Shown: in pieces, positions 63,101 to 64,000 of the stretch
How the letters are laid out: each line of letters starts with the position of its first letter
Numbering within the stretch: position 1 is the first letter of the stretch
Assembly (NCBI GenBank): GCA_964187785.1
Contig: OZ076409.1
Span: 70,434,001-70,498,000, forward strand
From: Amphiscolops sp. MND2022
Taxonomy: Eukaryota
DNA length: 64,000 nt
Direction of reading: 5' to 3'
The notes under the pieces: model-generated
The model's database searches: none
The model's input: the letters and a program-made list of their open reading frames with translations, nothing else
Told to the model about the DNA's origin: nothing
Program-made: the position numbers and the translations under genes

Positions 63101-64000
63101 TGAGCCCAAAGGGTCGATCCTAGCCGGGCAACGTTAGGTAACTTATTGTAGTACTCATTGAAACGAGTTGGGGGACATAGTTTCAGTCACCACCCGTTAC
63201 CTCTTAGGACCGGAAATGACCGTTATGAGGGTAAAATTGCAATTTTTATACATTTTGAAGGGCATTTAGGTGCGGAAGGAATGGTAATAGGTGCTTGGAC
63301 ACTATATGATGTAATGGAGGTCGTGAGGAGAGCATTCGGAAGTAACCGTTACGTTGACCCCAAAGTCCCCCTGGTACCGTTAACAACCGGAAATGGCCAA
63401 ATTTTGTGTTTATAGGGTACAAATGTTTGGTATTTTATGGATGAAAGTACCTGGAAGGTGTTTTAAAGGCCTCCAGAAGTGAACATAGTCATGAAACTTT
63501 GTGGGGGGTAACGGTATATAGCACCGGAAGTCCAAACCGTTGGTCACAGAATAGGTTTTTTGGTTTCAAAATGTCTTTAGGCGTAGTTTTGTGGGTTGAA
63601 TCGTCATAATATCAACTAATACGGACTTTTTTCGGAAATAAAATTTTTTCACATTAGTTTCAGGGACCTCCAATGTTTCAGTCAACATAACCGTTACATT
63701 TTGATAGCCTTTCAAGTTGGCCTGGTGTCAACTTGGAAGGGCTATCCTTCTAAAATCGTTAATCAAGAGTGTTTTTGGATAGATATATGTTGCATTAGTA
63801 CCAATTAGAGCTTCATCAACAGTTTGCCAACGGCAAAACAATGTCGTGATAATTCCGTTATAAGAATATTAATTAACAAATTGTTTCCAAAGTTGATTTT
63901 TTCCATTCGAAATGTGTCCTAATGTCACCAAATTGAATAAAATAATAAATGGTATTGACTAAACCTAAATAACATTGAAAAAGAAGCTCAACATTTTTAA
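60174..64000 (+). repeat. Units U19 and U20 (partial), subfamily C head with a B-type tail
   Basis: Distinct head (GGAATCGGGTAGGGTCCTGATTCC, AAAAACCCATACCTTTT), an A-like middle module and a 3' half like U8/U10/U14. Confidence 0.85.

Larger units (their letters stand above)
20834..64000 (+). mobile_element. Head-to-tail array of 21 structured non-coding elements (U0-U20) joined at CTAG; continues past the window end
   Basis: CTAG junctions start at 20834, 22120, 24912, 27709, 29703, 31675, 34466, 36432, 38403, 40394, 42368, 44363, 46336, 48308, 50274, 52266, 54241, 56211, 58204, 60174 and 62167. Every unit starts CTAGGTG(G)C and every complete unit ends with the same terminal module. The tandem structure is certain; mobility is inferred. 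Confidence 0.8.

Noticed and set aside
22120..64000. Recurrent short ORFs in the array (e.g. MRRVGGYSFSHPP..., MRPDINFTPK..., up to 157 aa)
   Set aside because: Frames open and close between near-identical units through 1-bp indels and stops. There is no recognisable domain and no visible codon-position bias; they recur only because the DNA is repeated.
20834..64000. Hammerhead-ribozyme retrozyme array
   Set aside because: I found no conserved CUGANGA...GAAA core on either strand by eye. Other ribozyme classes are not excluded without an Rfam search.

Overview
This is AT-rich eukaryotic, probably invertebrate, genomic DNA in two parts. Bases 1-20.8 kb are gene-poor and transposon-rich. They hold an intronless SELENBP1/methanethiol-oxidase gene, the last exon of an NMNAT gene, the 3' part of a class-A GPCR next to a 200-N gap, several LINE remnants, a decayed pogo/Tigger transposon, a hAT MITE, a Helentron/HINE-like family and a 180-bp palindrome. 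From 20834 to the window end is a >43-kb head-to-tail array of 21 non-coding units (U0-U20, 1.3-2.8 kb) that begins inside a LINE RT remnant. It is not a simple satellite. At least four subfamilies are interleaved, all joined at the same CTAG core. They share hairpins whose loops are conserved while stem sequences are replaced, with G-T pairs falling on the + strand. All end in a conserved module containing a p53-type palindrome. One unit appears precisely inserted or excised at a CTAG junction. My inference is a cassette-like array of non-autonomous mobile elements that integrate site-specifically at each other's ends through a structured single-stranded or circular intermediate. No enzyme for this is encoded in the window, and all alignments and folds were done by eye.
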